A stretch of DNA of 34,277 nt, taken from an uncultured Anaerolineaceae bacterium (lineage in GTDB: Bacteria; Chloroflexota; Anaerolineae; JAAYZQ01). The translations under genes were made by a program, and so were the position numbers. Shown here piece by piece: positions 33,442-34,277 of this stretch (the first letter of the stretch is position 1; each line of letters begins with the position of its first letter). The stretch spans positions 1 through 34,277 of the forward strand of contig CAYVLO010000001.1 of assembly GCA_964452125.1 (NCBI GenBank). The letters run 5' to 3'. The notes beneath the pieces were generated by a model, which saw only the letters and a program-made list of their open reading frames with translations, searched no databases and was not told the origin of the DNA.

Positions 33442-34277
33442 TCAATAGCGGAATAGGGCAGCCACCAATGCTTCCCCGGGTACGGTTTCCGGCTCTACGG
33501 CATAGACGGTGCCCCCCTTGAGCAAAGTTTGGAGCGCAGCCAGGTCCAGCAGATCCTCGTCGCCGGGCGCCGGTTCCTCGTGCAGGTCGACGGTGCCCGA
33601 GTCGAGATCCAAGCGGCCCCAGACTTTGGCGCCCAGCGCTACCCAGAGGATGCTCACCCGTCCATGGTGGGCAGCAGGCACCACCTCGTCGATCCGGTTG
33701 GAGGTCAGTCCGGTGCCTGCCATCTGAGAATAGTCGGCCAGCGCCTGGCGGTGGGCTGTGGCAAAGTGGGGTTCTACGATGTCCCAGGCTTGCTTGTGTA
33801 GTTCCTCGGCCTTTAGTTCCTCTGGGCTGCCGGTGATCCCCTCGGCCATCAGGTGAGGGTAGCTGTTGGCTTCTTTGTACAGGGGCAAAAGATAGTCCAC
33901 ACCGGCCAGCACCAGGGGCGACTGCTCGTCGCGCAGCACCTGGCGCAGGCCGTCGTCGACCTTATGAAAGTAGCGCAGGATGCGATCTTTTTCGTCGTCG
34001 GCGGGGTCGTGGCCGTGGAAAAGGGCCGCCCGCTCCCCGCGCCCTCCCGTTGAGGACGTCTGGAATTGAAGTTCTTTTTCGATATCGTCAAAAAGAACTT
34101 CGTCTATGCCAGAGGCCACTGTCTTCAAGTCGATCTCGTCCACGCTGTGGCGGGTGGCCTCCAGCAGCCGGATCAGGCTCTGACTGAGGGCCAGGACGAA
34201 AAAGTGGCCGTCGCCGGCGAAAAGGGGCAGGAGCGGTTTGATGCGAAATCGGTCGGCGACGATCACCATCTCCCTCA
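33442..34277 (-). CDS. eRF1-like (bacterial archaeo-eukaryotic release factor, baeRF-type) protein, 5' end cut by window edge
   Basis: The frame is open to the window end. Recognition is from memory of baeRF-family proteins: DRFRIKPLLPL...FFVLALSQSLIRLLE...LFHGH...ILRYFHKVD...PLVLAGVDYLLPLY...AALFRY. It ends 13 nt upstream of the permease start. Confidence 0.5.
   Translation of the reverse strand, partial: REMVIVADRFRIKPLLPLFAGDGHFFVLALSQSLIRLLEATRHSVDEIDLKTVASGIDEVLFDDIEKELQFQTSSTGGRGERAALFHGHDPADDEKDRILRYFHKVDDGLRQVLRDEQSPLVLAGVDYLLPLYKEANSYPHLMAEGITGSPEELKAEELHKQAWDIVEPHFATAHRQALADYSQMAGTGLTSNRIDEVVPAAHHGRVSILWVALGAKVWGRLDLDSGTVDLHEEPAPGDEDLLDLAALQTLLKGGTVYAVEPETVPGEALVAALFRY

Noticed and set aside
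1-34277. I looked for CRISPR arrays, transposases or integrases, toxin-antitoxin pairs, known defence-system genes, and tRNA or rRNA genes.
   Set aside because: I found no regularly spaced direct repeats and no DDE, tyrosine or serine recombinase motifs in any listed ORF. No intergenic region has tRNA-like length and structure, other than the palindromic element, which lacks tRNA conserved positions.

Overview
This is a GC-rich bacterial chromosomal window, densely coding, with about 35 protein genes and no rRNA, tRNA, CRISPR, transposase or integrase that I could see. All family calls come from motif recognition in the supplied translations, because no searches were run. The gene content (DUF881, LCP, YkuD, Pro/Thr-rich linkers, a short Oxa1-like YidC) and one palindromic intergenic repeat suggest a Chloroflexota-like organism; this is inference only.

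Layout, left to right:
- Two tandem DUF881 genes, the first cut by the window edge.
- A minus-strand pair: an FmdB zinc-ribbon gene and a serine-palmitoyltransferase-like alpha-oxoamine synthase.
- A 121-nt cloverleaf-like nested palindrome.
- A DUF4013 membrane protein.
- A roughly 10-kb minus-strand glycan block (13805 down to 3893): rmd, gmd, phosphomannomutase, TatD, polyprenyl synthase, GT2, GT4, a GT-C glycosyltransferase and a PHP phosphatase.
- A TPR/L,D-transpeptidase protein, phoU and a 398-aa coiled-coil protein.
- A selB / Mth938-domain / glutaredoxin-like unit.
- The conserved rpmH-rnpA-yidD-yidC-jag-mnmE cluster, interrupted by a beta-propeller lipoprotein and by DUF58 plus GNAT.
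- An LCP protein.
- An intact SLC13 permease with four RCK_C domains, next to a decayed paralogue.
- An eRF1-like (baeRF-type) gene cut by the right edge.

Best lead: the glutaredoxin-like ORF is probably truncated by the ORF caller at a selenocysteine TGA. Read through, its C-terminus is ...GFNGY-U-G-V-stop, a SECIS-like hairpin follows directly, and selB lies just upstream. I did not find a clearly novel multi-gene system. The findings are individual oddities with stated tests.
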